Of a stretch of DNA of 64,000 nucleotides, positions 11,898-26,619 are shown in pieces (the first letter of the stretch is position 1; every line of letters begins with the position of its first letter). The DNA is from Octopus sinensis (Eukaryota). The stretch spans positions 200,322,001-200,386,000 of the forward strand of contig NC_042998.1 of the NCBI RefSeq assembly GCF_006345805.1, in the 5' to 3' direction. The translations under genes and the position numbers were made by a program. The notes beneath the pieces are model-generated. The model worked only from the letters and a program-made list of their open reading frames with translations. It was not told where the DNA came from and ran no database searches.

Positions 11898-13212
11898 TCG
11901 CATATGTATATCCTTTAGCTTGTACGTGCTTCAGTCACATAATAGGGGCTATGCTGATGAATGTTAGTCAAACGAATCGACCCTACTGGTATTTTTCTCC
12001 ATGTCTCTTTTCTCGTACCGCTAGTTAGGGGACGAAAACACAACACCTATTGTTAGACGGTATTGGAGGACACACGCAGAGACATAAATACACTATACAT
12101 ATATATGTGTGTGTGTGTGTGTGTGTTTGAGTGTGTGTGTGTGTGCGTGTTTGTGTGCATGTGCGTTGGTCTGTTTCACTGTTGCTTACTTTCTCGTAAC
12201 TTAGGGGGTCTGTCTTCAGAATTAATGAAGTTGATTCTATCAACTAATATTCTTCAATATTCCATCGACTAATATTCCAGCATCACCAAATTCTAATGGC
12301 TCAAACCGATAAAGATAAAAGATACTGACAAGTCTTTAAGGTGTTGTTGTACATCACAGGCCACAATGCGCTTCCTCGCTTTACTTTAGTTTTCTAGTGT
12401 TGCCACCATGAAAGTGATATGGAGCAATGTGAAACGAAGTGTTTTCCTCAAGAGCACAACGCATAACCGGTTTGGAAAAAGAAACCACAAGTTTGGATCG
12501 CGAGTGAAACATTATAACCACTAAAATACATACCTGCGAAGGCGTGACTATGTATTAAGAAATATGCTTCTCATCGTTTCGATTTACACGAAACTTGTTT
12601 TATTCCGTTTGAATTCACATTTCAGGGGACGGGGCTTCACTTTCAAAATATTTACCGTTATGCTCTAGTTTGTGTGTGTAACATTGCAAGCAAGCTAGAG
12701 TGAAGTGCATTTTAATGTATTGTGCGCTAAACCACTTGGTGTTAAAATGATGTTATTAAATTAATATCCAGTTTTTTCACCTTATTTTTGATTTTAATTA
12801 TACTGCAGTAAATTAATTATGCAGTATATGTTTCCGGAATTTTGGCGCGCTATAACGAGGGCATTCGAATCATAACTGCGAATATGATAGACTGAACCAC
12901 ACGTGTGTTTGGCTTTATGTTAAAATCTGGCGTGCGGTTCAATTAATCATATTCATGACGAATTCTACTGATGAACTGTGGATTTATTATGTAAGTTACA
13001 TTGCATAATCTATTAACCGTTAAACAATTGTCTAGAATTAATCTACATTTTTGTTATTTTTCATTTGTCCTGCTCGTTTACGTCCATAGTTGTGCTAATT
13101 CTCCTTGGGAACAATTCTTGGTGGTTGAGACCGTTGCGGATCTATTTTTGGCGTAAGAGCGTCCACATAGTGGACCCTCTATTATATTTGTATATATATA
13201 TATATATATATA

Positions 13213-13622
13213 TCTTTTACTTGTTTCAGTCATTTGACTGCAGTCATGCTGGAGCACCGCCTTTAGTCGAGCAAATCGATCCCGAGAATTATTCTTTGTA
13301 AGCCTAGTACTTATTCTATCGGTCTCTTTTGCCGAACCGCTAGGTGACGGGGACGTAACCACACCAGCATCGGTTGTCAAGCAATGCTAGGGGGACAAAC
13401 ACAGACACACAAACACACACACATACATACGTATATATATATATATAGAGAGAGATATATACGACAGGCTTCTTTCAGTTTCCGTCTACCAAATCCGCTC
13501 ACAAGGCATTGGTCGGCCCGGGGCTATAGCAGAAGACACCTGCCCAAGATGCCACGCAGTGGGACTGAACCCGGAACCATGTGGTTGGTTAGCAAGCTAC
13601 TTTCCACACAGCCACTCCTGCG

Positions 13623-13624
<2 letters not shown>
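13213..13624 (-). mobile_element. tRNA-derived SINE, family C (internal TA/TG microsatellite)
   Basis: Minus strand reads GGCGCAGGAGTGGCTGTGTGG...GGGTTCAGTCCC (A/B boxes), TTGGGCAG/AAG core-like motif, internal microsatellite, 3' GACTGAAACAAGTAAAAGA. Near-identical to 30379-30783 and 50476-50838. Confidence 0.92.
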
Positions 13625-13661
<37 letters not shown>

Positions 13662-14033
13662 GAAGTTGTAAGATATCACTTGAGTGGAATTATACATGAA
13701 AGAAGGTTAGAAAATGCAACTTTAAAGATGTTTATTCACTTGACCTGTTTCACTTTCTTCGAAAAAGCTTGTCAAATGTAAAATGTAAAACTTTGTAAAA
13801 GCTTTGTTGTGTTAAGTAGTGGTTGTTATAAAAGTATTAAAATACATTCTTTGATAAAAATAAGAAAATGTTAAAAACAGTTTACAAGCAAATATCTTGA
13901 GAAAATATTAAAACGTTCATTAAAAATATTAGGATCTCATTAAAAACCATGTCTGTTTTTGAAGTATCTATATATATACACAGAAAAGTATTAGTTCAAA
14001 AAAGTCATATTTGGTAGTATATATATATATATA

Positions 14034-14083
<50 letters not shown>

Positions 14084-14199
14084 ATATTATATACATATAT
14101 ATACAGAAGGAGATGTATTTGGAGTTTACAAAGAATTTGCGATGAACTGACTTGTTTTATCCTTTTCTTTTTCTGTGAAGCTGAAGGTTGTTTACTATT

Positions 14200-14705
14200 T
14201 TAAGGGACAGTGTGGGAGACACATTTACATACCCCACAATAAACTCTGGGACAAATCGAATACGGCCTCCTAACACAAACACATGTATATATGCACATAC
14301 ACACACTCACACCATTCTGACCTCTGAGACCAGTCCCCCAAACCACTGAACCATGAAATACTAGCCATGAAAGACCAACAATGAAAAATAAACAAAAGCA
14401 TCAGTTCAATTCCACATTGCTCTTCCTGTATGTGTTTCTGTATGTTTGTTTTGGATGTGTACCGGGGGGTATGTTAGAGTATGCTGAGGTGTGGTCTGTA
14501 TTTTTGAATAAGATTATTTTCCCCCATTTATTTGTATTTGGTCAGTGGTGTTGTGCGGGCATTGGTAAAGGGGGAAGACTAGGAAGACTTGTTGTGTGCA
14601 CAGAGGTCTAAATGCCCAATAAGTTGTATATGTCTTGTGATGGGATCCCACAGTTGTTGGCGGTGAACTGTCATCCATTCTCTGTGGGTAAGGCTCGTTT
14701 TCCTA
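14200..14705 (-). mobile_element. Penelope-like element remnant (GIY-YIG C-terminal region)
   Basis: Minus-strand translation HREWMTVHRQQLWDPITRHIQLIGHLDLCAHNK resembles the R.R...H / L..H segment of PLE GIY-YIG endonucleases (recalled, not aligned). The adjacent A/C-rich block at about 14200-14400 appears inverted. Confidence 0.55.
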
Positions 14706-14764
14706 TGCAGTCTTTATATATATATATATAATATATATAATATATTAATATATATATATATAAG

Positions 14765-15200
14765 GGAATTCACAAACAAAAAAAGGACTGTGAGAACAGC
14801 TTATATAATAGGGTACATACCCTTCAGAAGGTGAGAGAGAAAAAGACACTGCAACCCTCATGAGTAATCGACACCAATACTGCGCCTATCAAACTCCGGT
14901 TGAGCGTCGGAAACATTAGGCTAAGAGAGCCCTTGACAACTAATTCGCTCTAATTGTAATGCTAAATAATAGATTTGGGAATATTTGAGCATTTTGTAAA
15001 CAAACTTACACGTGCTGAATGTGTCTGTAATCTATACAATGTAATGGATTTGAGAAGTGCAGGTCTCGATTCCCTGTGGGGACTTGCTTGCTTTCCACAA
15101 CCCCATTTTCTAAGGTGTATTTACACAATTCTATAAGCTGTCCTCAAAGCCTTCCTGCGTTCGTGAACTTACTTTATTTTCTGTAGATTACTGACACATG
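14765..15200 (-). mobile_element. Penelope-like 3' end / pseudo-LTR remnant
   Basis: Minus strand MFPTLNRSL (P.LN end motif of GIY-YIG), then a degenerate CTGAAG-GGTA-TG-TACCC hairpin, ending at a (TA)n array. Confidence 0.4.
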
Positions 15201-15336
15201 CGGCGCTTATAAGTTTGTTTACAATATGTATAATCATATATTCATACATACATACATACATGCATGTATAAATAAAGGTGTGAGAATAAATATATGTAAC
15301 TGTTTTCTGATAAATGATGTGTGTGTTGTGTGTGTT

Positions 15337-15377
<41 letters not shown>

Positions 15378-17175
15378 TTGTAGGTATCTTTCATTTTTTT
15401 CATATCAGAACGAAGAGAAAGATAGAATTAGAATGGAGGGAAAAGATACTGAAATTGAACGAAAGAGACAAAATGGCCTTCTGGCACGGCAGGCTGAGAA
15501 AAATTAATTATATTTTTCAACTTCAGAAAAAAACATAATCTCGCAAGCAATCGTCAATTCTCTTTTTGCCTGTGTTTACCAGTATCCTGGCTTCTACCAC
15601 TTTCTGCAGTACTTCAAAGACAATAAACGTTTCCTTGTAGTTGTTTATTTATCTATGTTGCGCTGTTAATGAAATATGTACACAGAATTGATTTTCTTTA
15701 CGTTTTTGCGACTCGTATGAAATTAAAAATCCAATACCATCAAACACATTTCCAACAGTTGCTTCTCATACACATACACACACACATATATATATATATG
15801 CTCCTGTGTGTATATATGTATGTCCATAAAACCACATTCACGTGTGTGTAAGTATGAAGAAATATTTTCTTAAGCGGGGCAAGAATTTTCTTGTAATATC
15901 TGAGGTATGTTTTATATGATCGAGAGTGTATGAAATAGTTTTAATCGATCTGGTGCGCTCCTTATTTATCTTTTACGTTATGTGTGTTGAATGATATATA
16001 TACATATATATGTGTGTGTGTAGTTGCATATCATATGTACGTGCAACTGAATATTAAATGTATATGAGGCTGAATGTTATATGCACATGGAGTTTAATGT
16101 GATGTATATGCACTAAGTGGAGTACAATCGTGCTTTGCAGGCATTAGGTCCCGTTGGGAAAGCATAATTTTGTATAAATCCACATCCACCATCATTTTAT
16201 GAATGAAATCTTGTACATGGATGAGCTCCTAGAATCCTATTTTTATCGAATAAGGTTTGTATGCTTGTTACACAATAAGTAATGCTTATTTTGACTAAGA
16301 GTTACGATAAAGATATGCGTGTCTGAGAAATTCTCAGCCCCTTTCACTTTAATTATGTTGCAGGTAATTCATTCGGTGGTATGTATAAGTACTTAACTTG
16401 CTCAACCACAGGGAAAATAATAGTGGATGTAACACAACTCATCAGCTGTGAAACTTGAAAAGAGATATTTAATCTCCGGGTCGCGCACAGATTGTATGCA
16501 TCAGACAGATCAGCGGATTAGAACTAAACCTAGGTAGAACTCATTTTACAGTCTACGCAAGATTTCTCATAATACAGTCACAAACATGTCTGTGTGTGTG
16601 CGCTGTTTGTGTGTTGTTTCTGTGAGTGTGTACGTACATATGTACGTGTGTTTCTTGAGTGATTTTGTGAGTATGTGCGTGCGTACGTATCTTTCTTGTT
16701 TGTGTGTTTGTGTAAGCGTGTGCGTGTGTATGTCTGTTTCCGCTTCTACGAAGAACAAACGTACAGGCAGCGCGAACCTCTACTTCCCAAGAGTTGCCTA
16801 GCCTGCTATCTTGTGACATGTCATATAGTAATGCTTTACCATATCATCAGGATGACGAAACACTTGTAAGCAAAAGTCTGAAGGCGGAAATTTTGTAGAA
16901 CCTGTTCGATTGTATATGCTTTACTGTCCTCCACGGAGTTAGTCTTGTGGTATACATTGTTACGTTCATTCAGATTGAAAATTGCTGTAATGTTTCAATA
17001 GCACAGAATCACGTAACCACTCGTTCTATAATTATATGTATATCGACTTCAAATGATCAACTCAACTAGAATGCTTATAGAATCGATGATGGAAAAAATT
17101 AATTTTCATTCCAACCATACACACAAGCACACATTCATACAGACACACACTTGTATATAAGTATTTTTATGTGTG

Positions 17176-17237
<62 letters not shown>

Positions 17238-19052
17238 CTCTATACGTATTTTCTTCCTCCTAACTTAGTAAGCGATTTTACTACTCCAACTACAAACATA
17301 CATATATAGAGCTTTTTCCTTCAGTTCTTTTAAATTTTGAAAAACATATTAACTGAAGGTCATGTGCAAGGCATGTATTTCCTAATATATTTTACTAAGA
17401 TCTGAAACGTATGTATTGAATACTTTCAAAATATCATTAATTGTTTTGACTTCAGCATTACACATTATATATCTACTATATAAATGAGCGTGTATGTGGT
17501 TTTGTATGTGTGGCTAGCGCCGGAGGGCTCAAAAACGGTACGTCTGCGGAAAAAAAAAAAATAATTTGATTTACGAACTCTGCGTCTCAAAGAGAAGGTT
17601 GTCGGAAAATAAAAAATATATATATATAATTTGCTAGAAGAATTTGCTCAATTTTTAGATCAGCAAATCTCCCACTTGCAATCTGTCACACTCTCACACT
17701 CGCGTTGTATAAGAATTATCTCACATGCATGCTAGAAAGAACAACTAAATTTCACTTAAATTGGACACCTTTTTGTATGAAAATTATTTTGAAATTATAA
17801 ACAGAAATAAATCGGAGATTCGTACTACTCGTATTTCAAGACTATGACTAAAATGAAATTTCGAAACAGCGGCAAATTTAGGATTTAGGGGTGATGGTGG
17901 CAACAGTATATGAAAACATTTATTTAAAATTCCGTATTGTTTTAAATTAGGTTTCATTTTCTATTTACATACGTAAGCGGATATGCGTGTGTGTGCGTGT
18001 GCGTACGAGTGTGAGTGTTAGCGTGTGTGTCTTGTCTGTAAGTGTATAAAAAGCTACAAAAATGAAAATATAAAAAACATACATTTTAATTCCCATTCTG
18101 TTACAATGCCTTTGTGTGAAATTTAAGCAATTCATTTCTTACAAGTGCCATCGATACGTTTGAATTAGCTTAAACTAAACAGACAGACGAATGTAAAAGA
18201 ATCTACTTTAAATACACTTCCTTTTTAATTCTCTTCCCGTGCACAATTATGTATGTATAAATATGCACAATACGCAACTCCAAAAATCTACAGACGCCAT
18301 AACATCTTCAAACAAATGTTAAACACGGTTACATGTGCGAAACCCAATGCGGACTGACCCCTACATAAATTATTTGAAAAACTACATTTGCTATCAATTA
18401 TCTTTATATGTGAAGCCATTAAAAATTTATATAATGTGCATTTGGCATGCGTATACCATAGGCATTTGATTTAGGAACACTGACAAAGTACGTATTTATG
18501 TTATTCCCGCAGTATATCTGGGAAACGGTTGAATACTTTCCCAAGATTGATCCCAATAAAAATTATTGTTTGTGTGTGTTTGTATTACCCTGCTGTCACT
18601 GGTAGTCAACTATTCCAACATGTACAATGCTTTCTGTTCAACATTTGAAGATCCCATACTAATAAACAAAACACATGCAGACTTTGAGTCTCACACATTT
18701 CACCCAGAAAATTTGACTGCTGGAAATGTATGGGTCTGCCCAATTATTTTGAATAAAGGTATAGCTTGCTATTTCTGGAAGGCCCGGGGAACTCTCCTAA
18801 TTCCAACTCTGAAACTGATGACTGGAAAATATATCACATGGAATTTTGACCGACGCGCCATTATTTTTACTGGTCCATCTCCCTAGACATGTAATGTATT
18901 TTATCAACCCGGAAGGATGAAAGGGGCAGTTAGCCACGTTGCAATTTTAACTCTACACGCAAAGGAAACGAACAAAGTACCGTAAATTATTTTATCGACG
19001 CCTCAACGCTTCTGACATTTTAAGTGTTGTGTGTGTGTAGGTGTTCCTATAT

Positions 19053-19110
<58 letters not shown>

Positions 19111-20444
19111 TTCGTATACATTCTTCATGCATATTTTGGAATAAGCGACCTGTGCAATAGAAAACAATTCATTTTGTTTATACATCTCGAAAAGCCTTCC
19201 ACTTCAAATGTATCTTTATATATTTGTTTGAGCAATAAAACTTGTTCCCAATAAATATTTTAACTACGGGTGTACTCAGATGTGTTTCTAACCTCTCGTG
19301 TGGGCGCAATGCATTATTATAGATACATTAACCAAGCTACGTCATTTTCCCGTTGAAACTGAAGACAGTAGGGCATGAAACATTTTCATTCTAAGTTTTC
19401 ATTTGAACAATCTGGTGAAAACTAGATAAAGGTTAATATACAGCGATATAACACGATGATTTAAGGAAAGAAAAATATTATTATGGAACTTATTTCCTGC
19501 TGTAATAAAGATTTGTAAAGAGTAGATGTGCTTTTAGAAATATCTACGGTAACCTTAAACAGCATTTGTAACTCTTGGTCATAAAACTGAGGATATAAAA
19601 AGACAACCAAAGATGGATGGTCTCTTCCGGAACAGAATATCTGCTGTTGAAAATTCCATGATGCATAAGGCAGAAAAGGTTGGCTCAAATGCTCTGTGAT
19701 TTATCTCATATGTGTATTAAATATTCCTTACCGGTACACCAAATACACATTTGCATAGAATTGGGCACATGGGGATACATGTGCGCATATTTAAGAGGAA
19801 ATGACATGACAAACGATGCAAACACATAAAAGGCAGACACACGCGTTCATTTGCATACATATTATATAGATATTATGTAAAAGCTGTGTTATATTGCAAT
19901 GGATATGCTTGACAAAGCATTATAACATTTATACTAAGCATTTCTCTGTTTGTGAATTGGTTATAGACATCGGACTATGGTCATTCTGGAGCACGGTTTT
20001 CAAGGATTTCAGTTGATGATGTTGATCCGAATTCCTTTAGAATCTTGTACTTCATTTAACGAAATGGTATGAATTAACATGAGTAAATTACTACACATCT
20101 TTCCTTCGATAGAAACCTATGCAATTCACAAATCAGTGTAACAAAATTAAAATATGTTACATATGTTATGGGATTTCTTCGATATCAATTTTAGAATTGT
20201 TGAAAAATTAATGTATAAATATACATGCAATAATGATGTAAAGCGGTAAACAGAATGTTATAGACTACATATAAGTAGGTATGTATGTATGGTGTTTGTA
20301 TTGTTACTTAACCCAACCAAGGAGATGACCTAGAAGAATATTTAGCGCGTCATCAAAATGTTTAGTGGTACCTCGTTCGGGCCGTTATGCTCTGAGTTCA
20401 AATGCCGCCGGTGTACACAATGCCCTGCTTAGTACTGAGGAGGA

Positions 20445-20777
20445 AGAGGAGACCCCCTTCGGTCCTGAATGACCATGGGGTTGCACTTAGAAAGTTACCG
20501 TCCAAAGCAAACGTCCTGGTAAGATTGTTTACGGAAGGCCAGCAGTCGGTCATGCATACCAGCCTCCCCTCTCCACACCACTGATGTTATCCAAGGGAAA
20601 GGGGCCAATACAGCTTGGCAGCTGTGATGTTGCAACTCATTTCTACAGCTGAGTGAACTGGAACAACGTGAAATAAAGTGTCTTGCCCAAGAACACAACA
20701 CGCAGCCCGGTCCTCGAATCGAACTCATAACCTCACGATCGTAAGCTCGACGCTCGAACCACTGAGTCATGCGCCTC
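20445..20777 (-). mobile_element. tRNA-derived SINE, family B (CORE-like TTGGGCAAG motif)
   Basis: Minus strand GAGGCGCATGACTCAGTGG (A box)...GAGTTCGATTC (B box), then TGTGTTCTTGGGCAAGACACTTT and a distinct 3' tail. Confidence 0.85.
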
Positions 20778-21196
20778 ACGAGCCATGCTTAGTACTAGTG
20801 TCAATGTAATTGATTAGCACCCTCCACTGGAAATACCTGTTCTTGAGCTATAATTAAAATGAATTAAAATGAATAAAGCCGATGCAACCAAATTATATTC
20901 AGGCTGCATAAGCGAATCCGATCATTCTTTTCTTAATGGAGTGAAAATTTTTGATTCAATTCATATATGAACTTTATGAATTCCCTATATATTTAAAAAT
21001 TTTGATGCAGACTTGTTTACGGAATAAACATCTCAAATTCCACGTGGGTAATGCATGATAAGATATGTCTGTTTCGTTTATCCAGGTAATATTTGTAAAC
21101 ATCTAGTGGGAGAAAGTAAGGACTATTGCGACAGGACTTCAGCAGGAATATACGTGCACGCACACATACTCACGCATACACACACTCTTTACACTG

Positions 21197-21233
<37 letters not shown>

Positions 21234-24200
21234 TAGTCGGAGAAATTTGTGGTATTAATCAAATGGTTTCACAATGGTAGTTCTATCTCTTTTCTGGTAG
21301 TCCATGGAATAAAGCAGGGCTGTGTACTCGCTCCAATGCCGTTTGCATTATTTCTGGGTACCAATGTATAAAAGTAGGGAAAATCCAAGTCACAGTTAAA
21401 GTGAAAATGTATGGAAGAGTGGACGCTGGTTTGTTGAAGATATATTCAGTAACATCAAGCTGAAAGTAACACTTTATGATATTTCCTTAATGACTTAGCT
21501 GTATCTATCAATTCCCTAGAAAATGTCCAAAAACTTACCATTTTGACATATGACATCAGCTTTCATCCTACCAGTAAATGTATAAATGACTGAAATTACG
21601 AATCAGACTACACCTGTAGTGCTGAAGCATGCGACTCAGCCCTTCTTGATTGCGATACAACATGTATAGTCAAAGTTTTCGTCAGTTTAGGAAGTGCTAT
21701 TTCTGATATGTGGTATTGGATCACCGTATACGCTACTTTGTGGTCACCTTCGGTGATTTTAGTAATCATTTGTTGTACAGCATGGCATAAAACTACCCAG
21801 AAGCGGCAAAGTTTTCCGAGTAGTAGTACTATCTTCTGAGTTGATACTATATGAACTGTATAGATGTAGATGATATGCCAATCACAACAGATAAGACTAG
21901 ATTAAAAATTCCTTGGTGAGACTATATGACGAACAATACTGTCCTGGAGATTGCAAATATGTCATCTGTGCGATTACTCTACGGGATCGCACAGAGTGGG
22001 ATACGTTATATATGTGGATAGCACGAGGACACAAGGATTCCCAAGTCTGTGTCTGAGGTTGAACTGAAATGTGGACAGCCATTATAAACAGCGCTCGAAA
22101 TATCGTATTCAGTTGTCCTAAAATGATATTTTGACGTTCATGGCCTGAATGCGACTCACTGCAGTGAGGGTTATAAAGAACTGAAAAAATATTAGGAGGT
22201 GTAATTAGATGAAAGAGAAGAAATAATAGACAGGAAAATCGACAATATCCAATACATTATATTGTTCAACTGAATTCAGAAATATTGCGATCCAGCATAT
22301 AGAAATAGCAGCTAGCCACCCTCAGAATACGTAAAACCTTTATGCGCATAGATATATATACGCATGTGTAGTGCCTAATGAGGAGAACGTCCTCGTAGTA
22401 GCAAGACAGAACTGGAAATGGTAGCAAAGTCCTGCGCTAATCACGAGCTACGATCTAAATGCGCATGCATGTATAATTACGCATACGAGCAAAATAGGGA
22501 TACATCTACATAGTGGTTAAATCTGGTAGAAATAGCAGTCAAATCACCCTGAAATCAAACTATATTCACCGTATGTTACTTTGATGCATTATTTTGCTAT
22601 TGCCACGTTCTACCGCTAGTACCTATGTGTGTGTGTACGTATACATATATATATATGTATGTATGTGTGTGTGTGTGTGTGTGTGTGTCTGTGTGTGTGT
22701 GTGTGTGTGTGCATGTGTGTGTGTGTGTGTGCCTATATATGTATCATTACTTTTACGAGGAAAAACGTTGAGTGACTATAAATTTTCGGCTTAGTGGCTG
22801 TTGTCAGACATTTGCACAAAAGCCACTATGACAAATCTTCTAAGTCACTATGAATCTCTTCGCTGAAAAGGAAGAATATAAGTTTTATTGAAAAGTATTG
22901 AGTGATCTTTCAATATAATGTATAACAGTTTTTCTTTTTATTCGCATAACAATTGATAAATGTATACATATGTATGTATATGTGTGTGTGCATGTCTGTG
23001 TCTGATAATATGAATACGGATTTGAGCGCATATATTTTTTTTAATATTTATATATGTGTATAGGCTGTCATGTATTAATAAGCAAAAATCGATTAATGCT
23101 GCGTAATTCTCAGTGGGCCTTTATTCTCAAACTTTGATCTAGTCTCAGCTGTTTTAATATGTTTTGGTGTATAGGTGGTTCACCCAGATGTAAATATCAT
23201 TCTTATTTGTACCTATATTTTCCTTACGCTGTGTCAGCATAAAATACCTAAGGTAAATATGAAATCAATAACTGGTCCACAAGGTTTATGATCTGAGTCG
23301 TCGTTTCAGGCGTATTTATGTCTGTATTATATAATGAAAAATTATTGTTTAAGCCAGCGAGAGATTTAGGTGTGCATGTAGTCATGGACAACTTGAAATA
23401 TGCAGGTTTTCTTTTCTAAATGGCAGGCCTAATGCAAAAATTACTTTTTAGTAATTTTTGCATTAAGCATGCCATTTTGCTTTTAGTAATGTTGCCCAAG
23501 TGATGAGTTGTGTCACATGGAAACGGTGCCCAAGCCTGATTTCGACATTCTCGCTTACATACTAACAGTGTTTAGATTTCTAGTTCGTTGAAGTGAGTTA
23601 AATCATCGGGGATAATACAATGTTGGGGCACTATCATCAATGCCAATTCTTTTATGTTGTTGGTTTTTCTTTCTTTTCTGTGGGCCAAGATTATTGCGTT
23701 CAATAATGCTAATGTGTTTTAAATGTATCAAATTGATAGATGCTAGACCGAAGTGGATATTAGCATTTTAAATCTTAATAAAACAATTTTTTTTAAGGAA
23801 GGTAGTTATATTATAGCAAACGTTTAGTTGTTAAACTATTATAAAATAAATTCTTGATACAAACGAATGAAAAAATAAATCCTGGGATCAGATAGTATCT
23901 AACATTCGTAAACGTATTGTTTCGGGTGATTTTAATCGTATCTAGAACAATCACTCGCTCCAGTTATTTATAAGTTTACTTGACATTGTTTATGTAGTCA
24001 CTACAAATAAGGACGGCTAAGTGTATGAATATTTAATGTTATATCCCATATCTCGTGTGTAATTTGATGGCGACATGCCGCTATTCAACCATTTAGTGGG
24101 TTCAATCACTTAATGGGTTTTTTATTGACTTGACTCGAAGCATTTCTCCCGTCCTTGTACAAAGAGATCTAATAATTTCAATAGAAACCCTTTACGAAAA

Positions 24201-24241
24201 TAAATAGGGAAATGGACGCTCATTATTAATTACTTCAATGA

Positions 24242-24680
24242 GGCGGCGGGCTTGCAGAATAGTTAGCACTCTGGACACAATCCTTAGAGATTTGTCCGTC
24301 TTTATGTTCTGAATTCGAAACCCACCGAGGCTCAATTTGTCTTTTATCGTCTTGGGGTCGAGAAAATAAATACCAATTGATGATTGGGGCTGATGTCATC
24401 TATCAGCCACTTTCCCCTAAATTTCGAGCTTTGGTCGCTTATTAGAAAGCATTATTAATTATTGCAACTATCGAGATAGTAGAAATGCTAGCGCGCCGGA
24501 CAAAATGCTTTGTGGCATTTCTTCTGGCCTTACATTCTGAAATGAAATGCTGCAGAGGTATATTTTTGCCTTTCATCCTTCCGTTGTCGTCAAATTAAGT
24601 ACCAGTTGAGTACTGAGATCGATGTAATCAAACTCCCTATTCCCTCAAATTTGCTAGTCTTGTGCCAAAAGAATTATTAA
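24242..24680 (+). mobile_element. Two older, diverged family A SINE copies in tandem
   Basis: Degenerate GGCGGCGGGC..GCAG head and core GCCTTTCATCCTT..AAGTACCAG; second head near 24475. Confidence 0.75.
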
Positions 24681-25764
24681 TAATTATAATAGCTGTTTCA
24701 ATATTTTGTTTAATGAAACAACTTGAAAATTAATTTTAGCCGCGTTGGACACAAAAATTCCGATATATCTCACTCATTTTAATTATCGACTTGTATAAAA
24801 CTGCATATGTCAACGTATATATAAACAAAACATACACACACACATACAGGCACACACAAATACACGGTTACTTTCCAAAGATATGATTCAATAGGTTTAA
24901 TGATTAATTATTGGAAACAAAATCTTCATAGAATTACGCAGTTTTGAACAAAGTCTTGGAGATAAGAAAAACGGTGTTCTGAAAATAAGAACAACAAAAT
25001 TACCAATAGCAACAAATTTAATAACAGGAAATACAGTTAATTAAACAACAAACTAGTGCGTTTAGTGAGAACATATTTATCAGATCTTTGATAATGGCTC
25101 ATATCACACAGATTGCTGTGCTTTGTTCACAAATATCTGTTTTGTTAATGAAATTTTGCTATACAGTGTACCCTGATCAACAATACAGATACACTGCTTT
25201 AAACGGACAGTTTGTGGCGGTGGGGTTGGTATGAAACGCATTTAATTAAGGAAGCATGATTTCAATTAGAAAAGATATATCCTAGCCGAATAATTATATA
25301 TTAATTACAACAATAATTAAACAAGTAAATAACTTAATAAATATTACTAGATAATACTGACTAAAATTGCGTTTTATTTGCGATATCTTTTAAAAAATAA
25401 TGAATAACGTAACTCAATTTTAAATGCTATTTCCGTAATTTCTTGATAAAATAAAAGCGCCTTTGTTTAAGACTTAATCATTACTAATTAATATGGCGTA
25501 AAGAAACAAAGGAAGAAATATTTTATGCAAAAAGTTTCGAATAATAAATAGGAACAAAGGAGAAAATTTGAAGTTGGCATTACATATATTGTATTATTAG
25601 AAATGTTGGGCAATTACACAATTATCCCGAGATAGTCTTTTGTGATTTAATGTATAATTTGTGGGCAGCTCTGTTCTCGGACTTGTTGAGTCCCTAGCAA
25701 TGAAGCTGTAATTACTAGTCAGGTCATTCTGCACACACAAATGTATACGCATCCGTTTAACCAC

Positions 25765-25813
25765 ACAGTATATATATACATACATACATATATATATATA
25801 TATAATATATATA

Positions 25814-25844
<31 letters not shown>

Positions 25845-25922
25845 ATGTATAGAGATATAGAGAGTGATTCATTTATATAGACATAAATATATATGTATGT
25901 GGTTACGTAGATACATCTATAT

Positions 25923-25974
<52 letters not shown>

Positions 25975-26240
25975 TGTGCGTGTGTGTGTCTGTGTGTCTG
26001 AGTGTATAATTGTAGGGTGTAAAATTGTTAGCTTTATTGTTCGGTACATTCGAAATCTTGTCAATTGTCGCTATGCTGTTGCACAGCCCTGTGTACAATT
26101 TCCACCATTTGTGTTTGATGTGTCTCTTTTGTCAGATTTCCTCGAGTGTATATTTGTGTGTGTGTGTGTGTATGTGTGTGTGTGTGTGTGTGTTTGTGTG
26201 TGTGTGTGATGATGTGTGTATATGTGTGCATACATGTGTG
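25765..26240. repeat. Compound (TA)n / (TG)n microsatellite field
   Basis: Direct reading. Confidence 0.9.
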
Positions 26241-26619
26241 TTTTTGAGTTTATATATAATACGCGAATGCCTCAAGATTGTTTTGTATTAAAGATAGCTT
26301 TCTGTAATTATTGGACACTCTGATGCACATTTTCACATCTTTAGCGCTTCTACTAACAATAAGTAAGAAAGTAAACCTTGTCGTTCTTATTAATTTTGTG
26401 TAGTCCAATATCAACCCTTACCGAGAAAAACCAAGATGAAACTGTCTGTTTTGTCTCTTGGGCTAACGCACCAAATCACCACTATTTCAAAATGAAGCAC
26501 TCTTTGTATCTATACTTCAGTGGTGTTTCCAACTCGAAGCTATCTCATCTCGTGCCATCAATATTCCAGACTCTTCTCTACTCGCCTGTACTGTTATCAT
26601 TTTGATTTCTACTATATCC

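Noticed and set aside
24086-24125. Short hairpin followed by a T run, resembling an intrinsic terminator
   Set aside because: Eukaryotic context with no adjacent gene; a small AT-rich stem that can arise by chance.
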